This document shows positions 1 to 10,627 of a DNA stretch of 64,000 nucleotides, piece by piece. The notes under the pieces are model-generated. The model saw only the letters and a program-made list of their open reading frames with translations. It was not told where the DNA came from and searched no databases. A program made the translations under genes and the position numbers. Position 1 is the stretch's first letter; every line of letters begins with the position of its first letter. Origin of the DNA: Candidatus Thorarchaeota archaeon (GTDB lineage Archaea > Asgardarchaeota > Thorarchaeia > Thorarchaeales > Thorarchaeaceae); assembly GCA_963726195.1 (NCBI GenBank), contig CAVSBO010000005.1:96001-160000 (forward strand), given 5' to 3'.

Positions 1-80
1 CAGACATACAACGCTATCAGAGCAAGGCCCACTGCGAAACCAACATAGTACGCCAAGATACTCCTCGATTTGGGCACCAA
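1..80 (-). CDS. 5' part of a probable membrane protein running off the window edge
   Basis: Minus strand reads GGTGA (SD-like), then TTG/GTG start and PKSRSILAYYVGFAVGLALIALYV, a hydrophobic helix; open to position 1. Confidence 0.35.
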   Translation of the reverse strand, partial: MVPKSRSILAYYVGFAVGLALIALYV

Positions 81-183
81 TTCTATCACCGAAGGAACGG
101 TTAGGGGTCTGCTTTGCCCTCAATTGCGGTCGCACATATAACTGCTTTGAAGCGAAGGATAACCCTTAACTCAGAAGTACTTC

Positions 184-534
184 ATGGCGGCCTCGTGGTT
201 GAACATGGGCACGTATGTTGAGGACATATACTTCCCGCTCGGAAACTCGGAAGCAATACGCCGTGTCAATAAGTGGCACGAAGGTGAGGGAAAAGACTTC
301 AAAGTACTCAACAAGGGCGAGAACCATATTGAGATCAGACACAAAACACTGCATATCACAATCACTCTCATACCTGATCACGTACGAATCGAAGCGTGGG
401 TGGGTGGGATAACGAAATACTCCATCGCACCGGATGTGATAGTCGGCGCCCTTGCTCGGCGCCAAGGCTGGAAAGAATATCAGACTCTGAAACAGGTGCT
501 GGCCTCAGGTATAGAACCAGGATCTCTTGGTTGA
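184..534 (+). CDS. Hypothetical protein (start may be ATG 205)
   Basis: 116-aa ORF with globular composition; no family recognised. Confidence 0.6.
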   Translation: MAASWLNMGTYVEDIYFPLGNSEAIRRVNKWHEGEGKDFKVLNKGENHIEIRHKTLHITITLIPDHVRIEAWVGGITKYSIAPDVIVGALARRQGWKEYQTLKQVLASGIEPGSLG

Positions 535-617
535 TAGGCCGAGTCGCAGATTCACTAACAAGCATTTGCAGAAGCTCAACCAGAAATCATTTGAGACGAC
601 AGCATCTGTCGAAGCAC

Positions 618-625
618 TTTTATAA
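618..625 (+). promoter_or_regulatory. Candidate TATA box for the nuo-like operon
   Basis: TTTTATAA in the intergenic gap about 100 bp upstream of nuoA. Confidence 0.4.
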
Positions 626-723
626 CCCATCAGGCAGGCTGGCCCTTTGACATGGCAGAGTGTCCAAGTGCCACGCAACTATGTCTGCCCTCTTAGAACT
701 GTGACTAGGAACGGTCCCGCTGA

Positions 724-1167
724 ATGAGGCTCTTCATTGACTTCAACTACGTCTTCGTTTGGGCCCTTCTTGCGATAGCCCTAGTCGCCATCATGCTCGC
801 GGCATCGTGGATACTTCGCCCCCACGTTCTACAGAACTCAGACAAGACTTCCACATACGAATGCGGCGAAGAGCCGATAGGTCCCGCAAGAATCTCCTAT
901 CCCTATAGTTACTTTCTGTACACGATTCTCTTTGTTATTGTAGATGTCATGGGCGCGTTCCTGTGGCTGCTCTCTGTGTCTCAGTTCAGAACTTCAGTAG
1001 CTGCTGCTTGGCAGATGCTCTTCTTTGTGCTGCTGATTTCAGCTGGAATTGGTTTTGCACTGCGGATGTTCCCGCAAACGATTCTCAGCGGGAAAGAAAC
1101 CCTCAAGCTCTACAGAGAGGGAAAGGCAAGACGTGAGTCTCAGAAGACGGAGGCGGCCCAGGAATGA
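724..1167 (+). CDS. nuoA: Complex I-like subunit A
   Basis: KTSTYECGEEP loop motif, three TM helices. Confidence 0.92.
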   Translation: MRLFIDFNYVFVWALLAIALVAIMLAASWILRPHVLQNSDKTSTYECGEEPIGPARISYPYSYFLYTILFVIVDVMGAFLWLLSVSQFRTSVAAAWQMLFFVLLISAGIGFALRMFPQTILSGKETLKLYREGKARRESQKTEAAQE

Positions 1168-1820
1168 TGATGCAGGGTGTTGAGGTCTTGCTTGAGCAGG
1201 CAGAGTTCGTCGCGATAGCTTTCATCGTTCTTCTTCTTGCCTATCTCGCGCTTGAACACAAGGAAATCACCTATGCTGTATTCTTCTTTGGATTCATGGC
1301 AGCAGCGGTCTCAGGTTTCTTTCTCCTGCTGGATGCTCCTTTCTTGGTAGGATTACAGATAGCGGTTTACACGGGAGGCATAAGTGCACTGATCATATTC
1401 GGTGTTCTTCTCCTTCCTCGGGCTCAGGACTCCTCACTTGAAATCTTTCAAACTCCGAGAAGGAGACGGTTGGGACTCCTTCTTTCAGGCACGGTCATGT
1501 TGCTCTCGGCGGTTCTTGCATTCCTCTATCCATGGTACGAGCTACCACCGGTCAGCCCTCCGGAACTTCCTCAGAGCCTCCAGGGTTTGGCCGCTTGGCT
1601 CTGGAGCAGTCATGGGATTTACGTTGAGATGATTGCCTTGATCATGCTGACGGCCCTTGTCGGGTCAGTTGCTATTCTGAAGATGATGAAGGCAGAAGAA
1701 CTGCATCCCTTGATTGCCGAATCTCATGCAGAGCCCGCGGGGAAGAAAGATGCCGCCGGTTCTTCTTCTGTGTCTCAAACTGAGACCGGAGAAGAAGAGA
1801 AGGAGGTTGGCCCCAAGTGA
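1164..1820 (+). CDS. nuoJ: Complex I-like subunit J
   Basis: LDAPFLVGLQIAVYTGGISAL motif, five TM helices, ATGA overlap with nuoA. Confidence 0.9.
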   Translation: MMMQGVEVLLEQAEFVAIAFIVLLLAYLALEHKEITYAVFFFGFMAAAVSGFFLLLDAPFLVGLQIAVYTGGISALIIFGVLLLPRAQDSSLEIFQTPRRRRLGLLLSGTVMLLSAVLAFLYPWYELPPVSPPELPQSLQGLAAWLWSSHGIYVEMIALIMLTALVGSVAILKMMKAEELHPLIAESHAEPAGKKDAAGSSSVSQTETGEEEKEVGPK

Positions 1821-2137
1821 TTCCCCTGAGCTGGTTCCTAGTCGTGGCATTCATGCTCATCGGCCTTGGGGCCTATGGGATGGTTACCAAGAGAAACTTG
1901 ATTCGAATAATCATAGGCGCTGAGATAATGGCCAATGGAGTGAACATCGCTCTGGTCGCGTTCTCAGTTTATACCAACGTATTCACATTCACTGGCCAAG
2001 CTCTTGTCATCATCGTAATATCAGTGACAGCGGCTCATACTGCGCTAGCCATGGCGCTCATGCTGATGTACAACGCTCGATACTCAACGGTGGACCTCGG
2101 AGAGCCTGTTGTTTCGGAGGCACGTAAGCATGAGTGA
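1817..2137 (+). CDS. nuoK: Complex I-like subunit K
   Basis: KRNLIRIIIGAEIMANG motif, three TM helices. Confidence 0.9.
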   Translation: MIPLSWFLVVAFMLIGLGAYGMVTKRNLIRIIIGAEIMANGVNIALVAFSVYTNVFTFTGQALVIIVISVTAAHTALAMALMLMYNARYSTVDLGEPVVSEARKHE

Positions 2138-2648
2138 GTCAGCTGTCTCTCCAGCAGCAGTTGCTCAGGCGGTGAGAAGCAGATGTCCCGATGTCACACA
2201 GGAGAGCATGCAGGGCAACCGTCTAGAGCTGGCAGTTCCACCTTCGAGAATCCGAGATGTCGTGAGCCTGCTTAACGAATTGATTTCTGACGCACTTCCC
2301 GAGTCCGTCTTTGGTATCGATCTTCAGAATGACCGATACGAACTGATCTACGTCTTCTGGTCCCACATCAATCGAATCCTGTGCCAGCTTCGTGTGAGTC
2401 TGGAAGGCGCCGCACCCGAAGTCGACTCTGTTTGTGACATATTCCCGGGGTTGGAGTGGCACGAACGCGAGACACATGAGATGTTCGGCATAGGTTTCAA
2501 GGGCCATCCTGACCTGAGATTGCTTTTGCTGCCGGAGGAACTGAGCGGCAAGTACCCGCTTCGAAAGAGCTTCAAGACTGACAGAAGCCGATTGAGCGAA
2601 ACTGGATTGCCCGAAGCCAGACCCGGTTCGAAGGAGGCTGAAGCATAG
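2130..2648 (+). CDS. nuoC: Complex I-like subunit C
   Basis: WHERETHEMFGIGFKGHPDLRLLL...YPLRK signature; ATG 2130 overlaps nuoK end. Confidence 0.92.
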   Translation: MSESAVSPAAVAQAVRSRCPDVTQESMQGNRLELAVPPSRIRDVVSLLNELISDALPESVFGIDLQNDRYELIYVFWSHINRILCQLRVSLEGAAPEVDSVCDIFPGLEWHERETHEMFGIGFKGHPDLRLLLLPEELSGKYPLRKSFKTDRSRLSETGLPEARPGSKEAEA

Positions 2649-3785
2649 TGAGCCCTGAAATCGTTGATGAAGCAGCGCAGATCTGGTTTGGACCCCAGCA
2701 CGTTTCTGCTCACGGATGGGCCACGAAGCTCACTATCGTGGGCGACTACATAGTCGAATGCGATCCGAATGCGGGTTACTTCCATCGTTCTGCGGAGAAA
2801 TGCCTCGAGTTCAGGAACTTCCAGCAGGGCGCAATGATCATGGAACGGCTCTGTATGCTTGAGGCTTTTCTTGCAGAGTATCCTTACGTCAAGGCAGTTG
2901 AACAAATCGCCCAGCTCGAAGTGCCAGAGCGAGCTAAGGTGATGAGAACAATAATGATGGAGGCGAGCAGGATTCACAGCCTCCAATTCTGGTGGGGTCA
3001 ATTCGGCGCCGAGCTCGGTCTCTTTGCAATGACGCTCTGGCCTTGGGTCGATCGTGAGTATTTTCTCAATGCATTTGAAGAACTGACTGGTTCTCGACAT
3101 GCAGTCTCTTACAACACACCTGGCGGCGTCAAGTACGATTTCACCGAGAAGTCCGTCAAGACGCTGGAACAGGCTCTCGACAGACTTGAGGATCGGCTGC
3201 CGAAGTTCCATGACATGATTCTGAGGAGCCCCACTTTCAAGTTACGAACCAAGAAGGTTGGACTATTTGACGCAGCACAGGGTCTCAAGTGGGGGCTGAG
3301 CGGGCCGAATATCAAGGCCTGTGGCATCCCGATGGATTTGCGAAAAGACGACCCCGACCCCAATCTCGCATACGGGATGTGCGACTGGGAAGTACCAGTG
3401 ACGACCAATGAGGATCATCCTGGTCAATGCGACGCGTACGATAGGATGCATCAGCGGTTCAAGGAAATCGAGAACCTCCATTGGCATTATCAGACAACTC
3501 CTGCCGCAGGTGCCTGAAGGTCCTATCGTGGACCCCAAAGCCCGCGCGAAGGCAAACAGGCTGCCCGAGGGAGAGGCATACGGTCGTGTCGAGGGCACAA
3601 GGGGAGTGACAACACTCTTTCTCAAGACTACTGACAAGGCTCAGACTCCTTACAGGGCAAAGATACGCGGCCCATGTTTCGCCTCTTACTACTCGTTGAA
3701 GCATTTGGTTCCTGGATCGACGTTCGCTGACTTCGTCGTGATATTCGGCAGCCTCGACCCATACCCAGGGTGGTGGGATCGCTGA
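2648..3785 (+). CDS. nuoD: Complex I-like subunit D (non-NiFe large subunit), split by an apparent 1-bp insertion near 3475
   Basis: GPQHVSAHG and GYFHRSAEK in ORF 2648-3517; C-terminal EAYGRVEGTRG...PYRAKIRGP...GSLDPYPGWWDR in ORF 3408-3785; removing one C gives KEIENSIGIIRQ. Confidence 0.9.
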
Positions 3786-4927
3786 TGGGGGTCGGCACGA
3801 TTCTTCAGATAGACATCGTGGGCTGGCTAGGCGGACTGCCCTCTTGGATCTACGGTGTAATCAGCTGGCTGTTCAACCTTGTCTGGGCCCTCTTCAACTG
3901 GATATGGAACATTGTTGTATGGTTCTGGGCACTGGCTATTGACCAGATATGGTGGCTGTTCAAGGCCATAGTGTTTCCGGGGTTAGTCTTCATACTGTTC
4001 TCCATCATCTTCTCCGTGTGGTTCACGAGAAAGGTATGGGGCCGCGTGCAAGCAAGACGGGGTCCGTTTCACCTCGGTAAGTATGGGGGCCTCCAGGTAT
4101 TCGCAGATGCGATAAAGCTGATTGGAAAAGAAATCGTGATACCGGACAAGGCTAAGCGATGGATGTACCGCATACTTCCATCTCTGCTACTTGTCGCAGT
4201 TCTCATTCCATTTGCGTTCATACCGTGGAGCAACGAGTGGTATATCGCGGACCTTTCAGTGAGTCTAATACTGACCTTTGCATTTCTTACAGTTGTTCCA
4301 GTTGTATCACTGCTCTCGGGCTGGATTAGCGGATCGAAGTATACACTCATTGGTGGCTTCAGGGCGGCTAACAATCAATTCGCAGCCGAGATACCCTTGA
4401 TCATATCGTCTGTCGGACCTGCAATGCTTGCCGGTTCGCTGAGCATCATGGGGATTTCGCAAGCACAGTCAGGTCTTTGGTTCTTCATTCTGCTTCCCGT
4501 GAATTGCGTGACGTTCTTGGTGAGTGCTACTGTGATAACTGCGCTCGTGCCATTCGATGCGCCAGTTGCAGACTCAGAGATTCTTTTCGGTTGGCGCACT
4601 GAGTTCAGCGGCATTTACTTCACTATGACCTATTTCGCAGAGTTCGCAAAGCAGTTGCTGTTCTCCGGTCTGATAGTAGCTCTGTTTTTCGGAGGCTCCT
4701 ACGGCTTCGCATTCATACCTCCTGTCCTGAACTTCATCTTCAAGTTCTTGGTCGTGCTGTTCCTCATGATCTTGGTAACATCATCATTCTACAGGATGCG
4801 ACAGGACCAAGTGACGCATTTCTGCTGGAAGTATCTTCTCCCGCTGTCTTTGCTCAATGTTGTCATTGCGATGTTTGCTATTGTCTATGTCCCGGGCTTA
4901 GCACAGCTGCTGGGAATAGGAGGTTGA
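3785..4927 (+). CDS. nuoH: Complex I-like subunit H
   Basis: RKVWGRVQARRGP, GGLQVFADAIKLIGKE, SKYTLIGGFRA motifs; ATG overlaps nuoD stop. Confidence 0.92.
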   Translation: MGVGTILQIDIVGWLGGLPSWIYGVISWLFNLVWALFNWIWNIVVWFWALAIDQIWWLFKAIVFPGLVFILFSIIFSVWFTRKVWGRVQARRGPFHLGKYGGLQVFADAIKLIGKEIVIPDKAKRWMYRILPSLLLVAVLIPFAFIPWSNEWYIADLSVSLILTFAFLTVVPVVSLLSGWISGSKYTLIGGFRAANNQFAAEIPLIISSVGPAMLAGSLSIMGISQAQSGLWFFILLPVNCVTFLVSATVITALVPFDAPVADSEILFGWRTEFSGIYFTMTYFAEFAKQLLFSGLIVALFFGGSYGFAFIPPVLNFIFKFLVVLFLMILVTSSFYRMRQDQVTHFCWKYLLPLSLLNVVIAMFAIVYVPGLAQLLGIGG

Positions 4928-4934
4928 TGGAAGA

Positions 4935-5366
4935 ATGGGATTCTTTGGCACACTGGGCGAGATATTCAGGGTTCTTCGCCATACATTTCGTCAGACAATG
5001 TCCCGACCTTTCACCTATTTCTATCCCTTTGAAGACCGATACTATCCAGACAGAACGAGGGGCAGACACATTCACATAAGAAAGAACTGCACTGCATGTG
5101 CACAGTGTGTGAAAGCTTGTCCTACTATTGCGATAAGGATTGACAAACAGGATCACATGTATGAGAAGGATGCCGCTCTGTACTTCGACTATACGCGCTG
5201 CATTTTCTGCGGCCTTTGTGTTCAGGCCTGTAAGTTCAACGCACTATTCCATACCAAAATCGTCGATCTCAGTGAAGAAACCAGAGAGGACCTGCAATAC
5301 GGCCCTGACAGGATGGGCACACTCGAAAGGAAACCCCTCGAGTGGCGTGGGAGGAAATTCAGGTAA
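4935..5366 (+). CDS. nuoI: Complex I-like subunit I, 2x[4Fe-4S]
   Basis: CTACAQCVKACP and CIFCGLCVQAC. Confidence 0.93.
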   Translation: MGFFGTLGEIFRVLRHTFRQTMSRPFTYFYPFEDRYYPDRTRGRHIHIRKNCTACAQCVKACPTIAIRIDKQDHMYEKDAALYFDYTRCIFCGLCVQACKFNALFHTKIVDLSEETREDLQYGPDRMGTLERKPLEWRGRKFR

Positions 5367-6880
5367 TGCAGACGCTACAACTCCCGTTCATGGCGATTTC
5401 GCTGGCCGTGTTGTTCTTTGGTGCACTGGGCATATACTTACTGAAGGGCAGGCTGAATGCCGGGGCCGGCAAAGCAGCAGCGGGTATTTCGTTTGCTTCG
5501 CTCTTGCTCATGATTCCACCATTCTACAGGGTTGTCGCAGAAGGTGGGCCCGCCATGGAGTCCACCGTATGGTCTCAAGTCTTCGGCAGGGTAGGTCTCT
5601 ACCTTGATGGCATCGCATTCCCAATAACATTCGCAGTCGTGGTTCTTGGATTTCTTTCAGTAGTCTATGCAATCGGGTACACCCAAGAGATATCCAACAG
5701 GGCATCGTTCTTTGCAAACCAGCTGTTCTTCATCATGGGAATGCAATGGGTAACCCTGGCTACGAATCTGATTGAGTTCTTCATAGCATGGGAAATCATG
5801 CTTGTTCCCACCTACTTCCTGATTCTATTCTGGGGATTACCCGAGACCAGAAAGCGCACTGCGTTGAAGTTCTGGTTGTACACACAGTCGGGCGCACTAT
5901 GCATCTTCGTCGGATTCGGTCTGCTGTACTACTTTGTTGGCTCGTTTGAGCTCTCGGTCATCCAATCGCTTCTTCCCACATTCGTGGGTTCAGTCGACGC
6001 GCTGAAACTCATCTTTGTCTTGCTGGCGGCAGGTTTCCTCGTGAAGATGGCGGTGTTTCCTATTCATTGGTGGTTGCCTCCTGTTCACGCCGAAGCCCCA
6101 ACTCCAATCTCTGTGCTCTTGTCGGGCGCAATGATTGAGACCGGTGCTTATGCACTAGTCAGGTTCGGAACGATCACACTGGGGATTGCCGCTTCATCTC
6201 TTTCTGTGTGGATTGCTGCGATTGGAGTAGTAACTATGTTCTATGGGGGACTCATGGCGCTCGCCCAATCAGACATCAAGAGGTTGCTTGCATACTCCTC
6301 TGTGTCCCAGATGGGCTATGTCCTCTTTGCGCTCGGCACTTTCACGACTTACGGAGTGTCAGGAGGTTTGTTTCATCTCATTAATCACGCATTCTCCAAG
6401 GGTCTCCTATTCATGACAGCAGGAGCCGTCATTCACGAGACCAAAATCAGAGACATTGCTCAGCTGGGCGGATTGTCAAACAAGATGCCTGTGACTGCCT
6501 TTGCTGCTGCTGTTGGGGCGCTTAGTATCGCAGGGAGCCCTCCACTGTCCGGCTTTGCCAGCGAATGGATGATGTTTCTAGGTGGCTTTCAGGCTGCGCT
6601 GCCCGGTGCAGGCGGGCTGGCCCGGCCTGAGTTCTTTGTTCTGGCATTGCTCGGAGTATCAAGCACGATAATCAGTGCAGGATACATGCTGAGGTTCCTC
6701 TGGAAGGTTTTCTTGGGCCCGACACCAGAAAGTCTCGAGCACGTGAAGGAAGGACCTAGATCAATGACCACTCCGATGGTCGTGTTGTCCATTCTGATAG
6801 TCCTGTTTGGAATATTCCCGGGGCTCGCTCTGTCAGTGATATCCCCGGCAGTAAGTGCCATAGCCAACATAATCCCCTGA
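5366..6880 (+). CDS. Extra antiporter-like subunit (NuoM/MrpD-like)
   Basis: FFIAWE, KMAVFPIHWWLPPVHAEAP, DIKRLLAYSSVSQMGY, LINHAFSKG; ATG 5366 overlaps nuoI stop. Confidence 0.88.
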   Translation: MQTLQLPFMAISLAVLFFGALGIYLLKGRLNAGAGKAAAGISFASLLLMIPPFYRVVAEGGPAMESTVWSQVFGRVGLYLDGIAFPITFAVVVLGFLSVVYAIGYTQEISNRASFFANQLFFIMGMQWVTLATNLIEFFIAWEIMLVPTYFLILFWGLPETRKRTALKFWLYTQSGALCIFVGFGLLYYFVGSFELSVIQSLLPTFVGSVDALKLIFVLLAAGFLVKMAVFPIHWWLPPVHAEAPTPISVLLSGAMIETGAYALVRFGTITLGIAASSLSVWIAAIGVVTMFYGGLMALAQSDIKRLLAYSSVSQMGYVLFALGTFTTYGVSGGLFHLINHAFSKGLLFMTAGAVIHETKIRDIAQLGGLSNKMPVTAFAAAVGALSIAGSPPLSGFASEWMMFLGGFQAALPGAGGLARPEFFVLALLGVSSTIISAGYMLRFLWKVFLGPTPESLEHVKEGPRSMTTPMVVLSILIVLFGIFPGLALSVISPAVSAIANIIP

Positions 6881-6881
6881 G

Positions 6882-9107
6882 GTGAGCCAGATGCTGTTCG
6901 GACTACCCTACTATTTGATTCTCGTTATTCCGCTGGCAGGCTCGCTGGTCGTGCCTCTCGCTGGACGCTTCAATGAGAGGCTGAGAGACTGGACGCCGGC
7001 TATTCTCATGGGCGTTACAATGGTCTTGTGCTGGTCTCTTTTCCCGGACATAGGTAACCCGCAGGGCCCAACTAGTTGGCCTTGGATTGAAGCTCTGGGT
7101 CTTCGTTTCGAAGTTCTGCTTGATCCACTATCGGTCATCATGGCAGTTCTTTCAAGCACTTTGTGTTTCCTAATCTACGTCTACAGCACAGAGTATATGG
7201 CTCACGAAGGAGACCGTGACAGGTTCTTCTTCCTAATGCTTGCTTTCGGTGGGGGCATGCTGACCCTTGTTCTCAGCAACAATCTACTGATTGCATTCAT
7301 CGGGTGGGAGATAATGGGCTTCTGTTCCTACGGACTGATTGGGTTCTGGAACGACAGGAAGAACCCACCGGAGATTGACCCGACCGGCATTGAACCCAAG
7401 AATCGATTGCTCCACTTCAAGACAGAGGGAGAGTACAACACTCACTGTGGAACAAAGGCATTCATCGTAACGAGAGTCGGAGACGCATTCATGCTTGGGG
7501 GAATTCTGGTTCTATTCATGTTCACTGGCACCTTCTCATTTACAGACATGGCCGCAGATGCTCAGAGTTGGTGGCAGGTTTTGTCTTCGGTTGGGATGCT
7601 AGTCCCGGTATTCCTCCTCATATTCGCAGGCGCTATAGGAAAGTCCGGACAAGCTCCGCTCGATGTTTGGCTGCCGGAAGCGATGGCAGGACCAACTTCG
7701 GTCTCAGCACTGATTCACGCAGCAACCATGGTCAACGCGGGAGTGTACATAACAGCAAGGTTCCTTATCACCATGCTAAGTGCTGCGAACCATTACACGT
7801 ATTTTCCAATGGGGCCTCCTCCGTTCGCGTCGGCCACATCTTTCTTCACAATCGTGGCCATAATCGGAGCTGTTACTGCATTCATGACGGCGACCATGGG
7901 GATGGTCTCCAACGAGCTGAAGCAGATACTGGCATTCTCCACGCTGAGCCAGCTCGGATACATGATGTTGGCGATAGGCACAAGCGGACTGATACTCAAC
8001 TATCAAGAGGCATACATGAGCGGAGTCTTGCATATCGTAAGCCATGGTGCGTTCAAAGCTCTCCTCTTTTTGGCGGCTGGCGGTGTCATTCATGTTGTTC
8101 ACACGAAGTACCTCAGCAAAATGGGCGGTCTCAAGCAGTACATGCCCAAGACGTTCCTTCTGATGTGGATTGGTGTGCTAGCTCTTTCTGGTATCCCGCC
8201 CTTCTCAGGATTCTGGTCGAAAGACTCGATAATCGAATACACGTACGAACTGGCGCTTCATAGCCAAGTAGGTATGTTCCTCTTTGTTCTGTCTGTTCTT
8301 GCAGCGGCCTGCACAATCTTCTACAGCATAAGGCTCATGGGAATGGCTTTCTATGGGCCTTCACGTGGCGCAGCATCAGATGGGCAATCGGTCACCCAAT
8401 CTGAGCACGAAGCTCCCGAGCACTCAGAGCCCGAGGAACACAGTGGCCATGAAGAGCCGCATGACCCAGGTCCGGCAATGATGGTTCCGCTCTATATTCT
8501 GGCTGCTTTCACGATTGTGGCCTTTGCGATCTTCCCATTCATCCAAGGCGTACTGTTCAGTGAAAGTCCGTTAACACTGGACACATGGGCCATGAGCCTT
8601 GTAGGGATGGCTCTCGCGAAGTTTACAATGCCGGGGCTCGTCCCTCTTGTCTTCACGTTCGGAGCTTTGGCTTTGGGCGGCATCCCGGCCTACGTTCTTT
8701 ATATCAGGAGATCGGACAGGCCAAACACTGCTATACCCGAACACGGTGTGAGAAAGCGGCTCTACGGTTTTCTCAAGCACCGATGGTACATCAACGAATT
8801 CTACTACTGGATTGTCGGCGGCGTTCTTAGATTCACGAGTTCGTGGAAAGCAAAGGTGGATGACCGTATCATTGACGGCATCGACTTTGGTTCAGCTCGT
8901 GTAGCGACCTCAGCTTCTACCCGGGTACGATGGTTCGATGACCATGTGGTTGACGGGTTTGCTGAAGAGATATCAACAGCCAGCGTAGCCGTTTCCGAGT
9001 CGAGTGAAGCCATTGAAACCGGAAGAGTGAACGACTATGTGGCCGTCCTTATCTTCGGCGTTGGTCTCTTGGTTATTCTCGCTCTCATTTCCATGGGGGT
9101 AATCTAG
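6882..9107 (+). CDS. nuoL: Complex I-like subunit L
   Basis: GKSGQAPLDVWLPEAMAGPTSVSALIHAATMVNAGVY, GFWSKDSI, long C-terminal lateral helix. Confidence 0.93.
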   Translation: MSQMLFGLPYYLILVIPLAGSLVVPLAGRFNERLRDWTPAILMGVTMVLCWSLFPDIGNPQGPTSWPWIEALGLRFEVLLDPLSVIMAVLSSTLCFLIYVYSTEYMAHEGDRDRFFFLMLAFGGGMLTLVLSNNLLIAFIGWEIMGFCSYGLIGFWNDRKNPPEIDPTGIEPKNRLLHFKTEGEYNTHCGTKAFIVTRVGDAFMLGGILVLFMFTGTFSFTDMAADAQSWWQVLSSVGMLVPVFLLIFAGAIGKSGQAPLDVWLPEAMAGPTSVSALIHAATMVNAGVYITARFLITMLSAANHYTYFPMGPPPFASATSFFTIVAIIGAVTAFMTATMGMVSNELKQILAFSTLSQLGYMMLAIGTSGLILNYQEAYMSGVLHIVSHGAFKALLFLAAGGVIHVVHTKYLSKMGGLKQYMPKTFLLMWIGVLALSGIPPFSGFWSKDSIIEYTYELALHSQVGMFLFVLSVLAAACTIFYSIRLMGMAFYGPSRGAASDGQSVTQSEHEAPEHSEPEEHSGHEEPHDPGPAMMVPLYILAAFTIVAFAIFPFIQGVLFSESPLTLDTWAMSLVGMALAKFTMPGLVPLVFTFGALALGGIPAYVLYIRRSDRPNTAIPEHGVRKRLYGFLKHRWYINEFYYWIVGGVLRFTSSWKAKVDDRIIDGIDFGSARVATSASTRVRWFDDHVVDGFAEEISTASVAVSESSEAIETGRVNDYVAVLIFGVGLLVILALISMGVI

Positions 9108-9108
9108 A

Positions 9109-10627
9109 GTGCAGATTCTGCTAGACTCAGCAGCTTATCGACCTAATCCCCCTAGGAATACTTCCGTTCATGCTTGTCCTTCCCCTAGTTGCCTCACTTG
9201 TTGCTTACGCAGCTCGTGGGAAGGCTGCAAGAATCATTACGCTCGCCGTGACGATCATTGAGCTTCTACTGTCGCTTCTTCTCGCGATGGCATTCGATCC
9301 TGCCATAGGCTCTGGTGATCCAAACGCCGGAATGAAGTATCTGTGGAATTTCGTGATGGGCCAGATTGTCACGGGCGGAGGATCGACTCAACTTCGAATA
9401 GCCGTGGGAGTTGACGGCATCTCTGTGGCCATGATTGCTCTATCGAACTTCGTTGTCATGATTGCCACAATTAGCTCGAATCATATTCACAAGTCAGAAG
9501 GATTGTACTACGCCCTGATGCTGCTTCTGCAGGTAGGGCTTCTCGGTGTCTTCATGTCGCTCGACCTCATTGGGTTCTTCATCTTCTGGGAGCTTGTCCT
9601 GATCCCAATGTTCTTCATCATTGGTCGATGGGGCGAGGAGGGATGCCAGCACGCTGCTGTCAAGTTCTTCATCTACACTCATCTTGGTTCTGCAGTGATG
9701 CTCGTCGGTTTCTTCGTCCTGTACTTCGCGGCGGTGCCTCACACATTTGACATGATAGCACTCCGGAGCATGGGCTTGCCTCCAACCATCCAGCTTGGAT
9801 TTGCACTTGCTGTATTCATGGGTGCAGGAGTGAAGCTTCCTGTCTGGCCACTACACAACTGGCTTCCGTGGGCTCACGTGAAGGCTCCAACGCCCGGATC
9901 TGTGATTCTTGCTGGAATACTCCTGAAGATGGGAGGCTACGGGTTCATTCGCCTTGGAGTCTGGATGGTTCCATCCGCCTTTGCAAGACTGAGTATTCCA
10001 CTCGCTGTGCTCGCGGTGTTCACCTGTATCTACGCGGCATTCACGGCCATGGCCCAGACCGATTTGAAGAGCATGGTGGCCTACACTTCGATAAACCACA
10101 TGTCTTGGGTTCTGCTGGGCGTCGCTATCGGGACAACCGCCGCACTGCAAGGTGCGGTCTACATGATGGTCTCCCACGGAGTAATCATATCTGTCATGTT
10201 CATTGTTGCAGGACAACTCAAGTACTCTGCAGGATCTAGGGAAATCCCTCAAGTCAAGGGATTGATGGCGCAAGCTCCTCGACTGTCATCCGTTTTCATC
10301 TTCGCGTCGTTTGCCGCATTTGGTCTGCCCGGTCTAAGCGGATTCATCGCTGAGGCGTTGATTCTATTTGGATCGATAAGGGTCTACGTGTGGACCGCGC
10401 TAATCACTCTGGGTGTTTTCCTGACTGTGGGTTATCTGCTTTGGACACTCAACAGAGTCGTATTCAGTGATCCCAGCTCAGAGAAACCAGTTACAGAGGC
10501 ACCTTGGTCTGACCTCATCGCGCCCTTGATTATTCTAGTTCCAGTTGTAATCCTAGGAATTTGGCCCGACCTCTTACTTGGATTAGTGTCGCCAGTCGTG
10601 TCATTCATTGTTGGGGGTGTGCCATAG
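9109..10627 (+). CDS. nuoM: Complex I-like subunit M; probable GTG start at 9109 with a 1-bp insertion near 9125 (ORF track starts at 9170)
   Basis: FFIFWELVLIPM, KLPVWPLHNWLPWAHVKAP, LLKMGGYG; correction gives MQILLAQQLIDLIPLG in frame. Confidence 0.9.

Noticed and set aside
2648-3785. Group 4 [NiFe] hydrogenase large subunit
   Set aside because: Both CxxC nickel-binding motifs are absent
8395-8475. His/Glu-rich loop in NuoL as a novel metal-binding insert
   Set aside because: His-rich loops at this position are common in NuoL proteins
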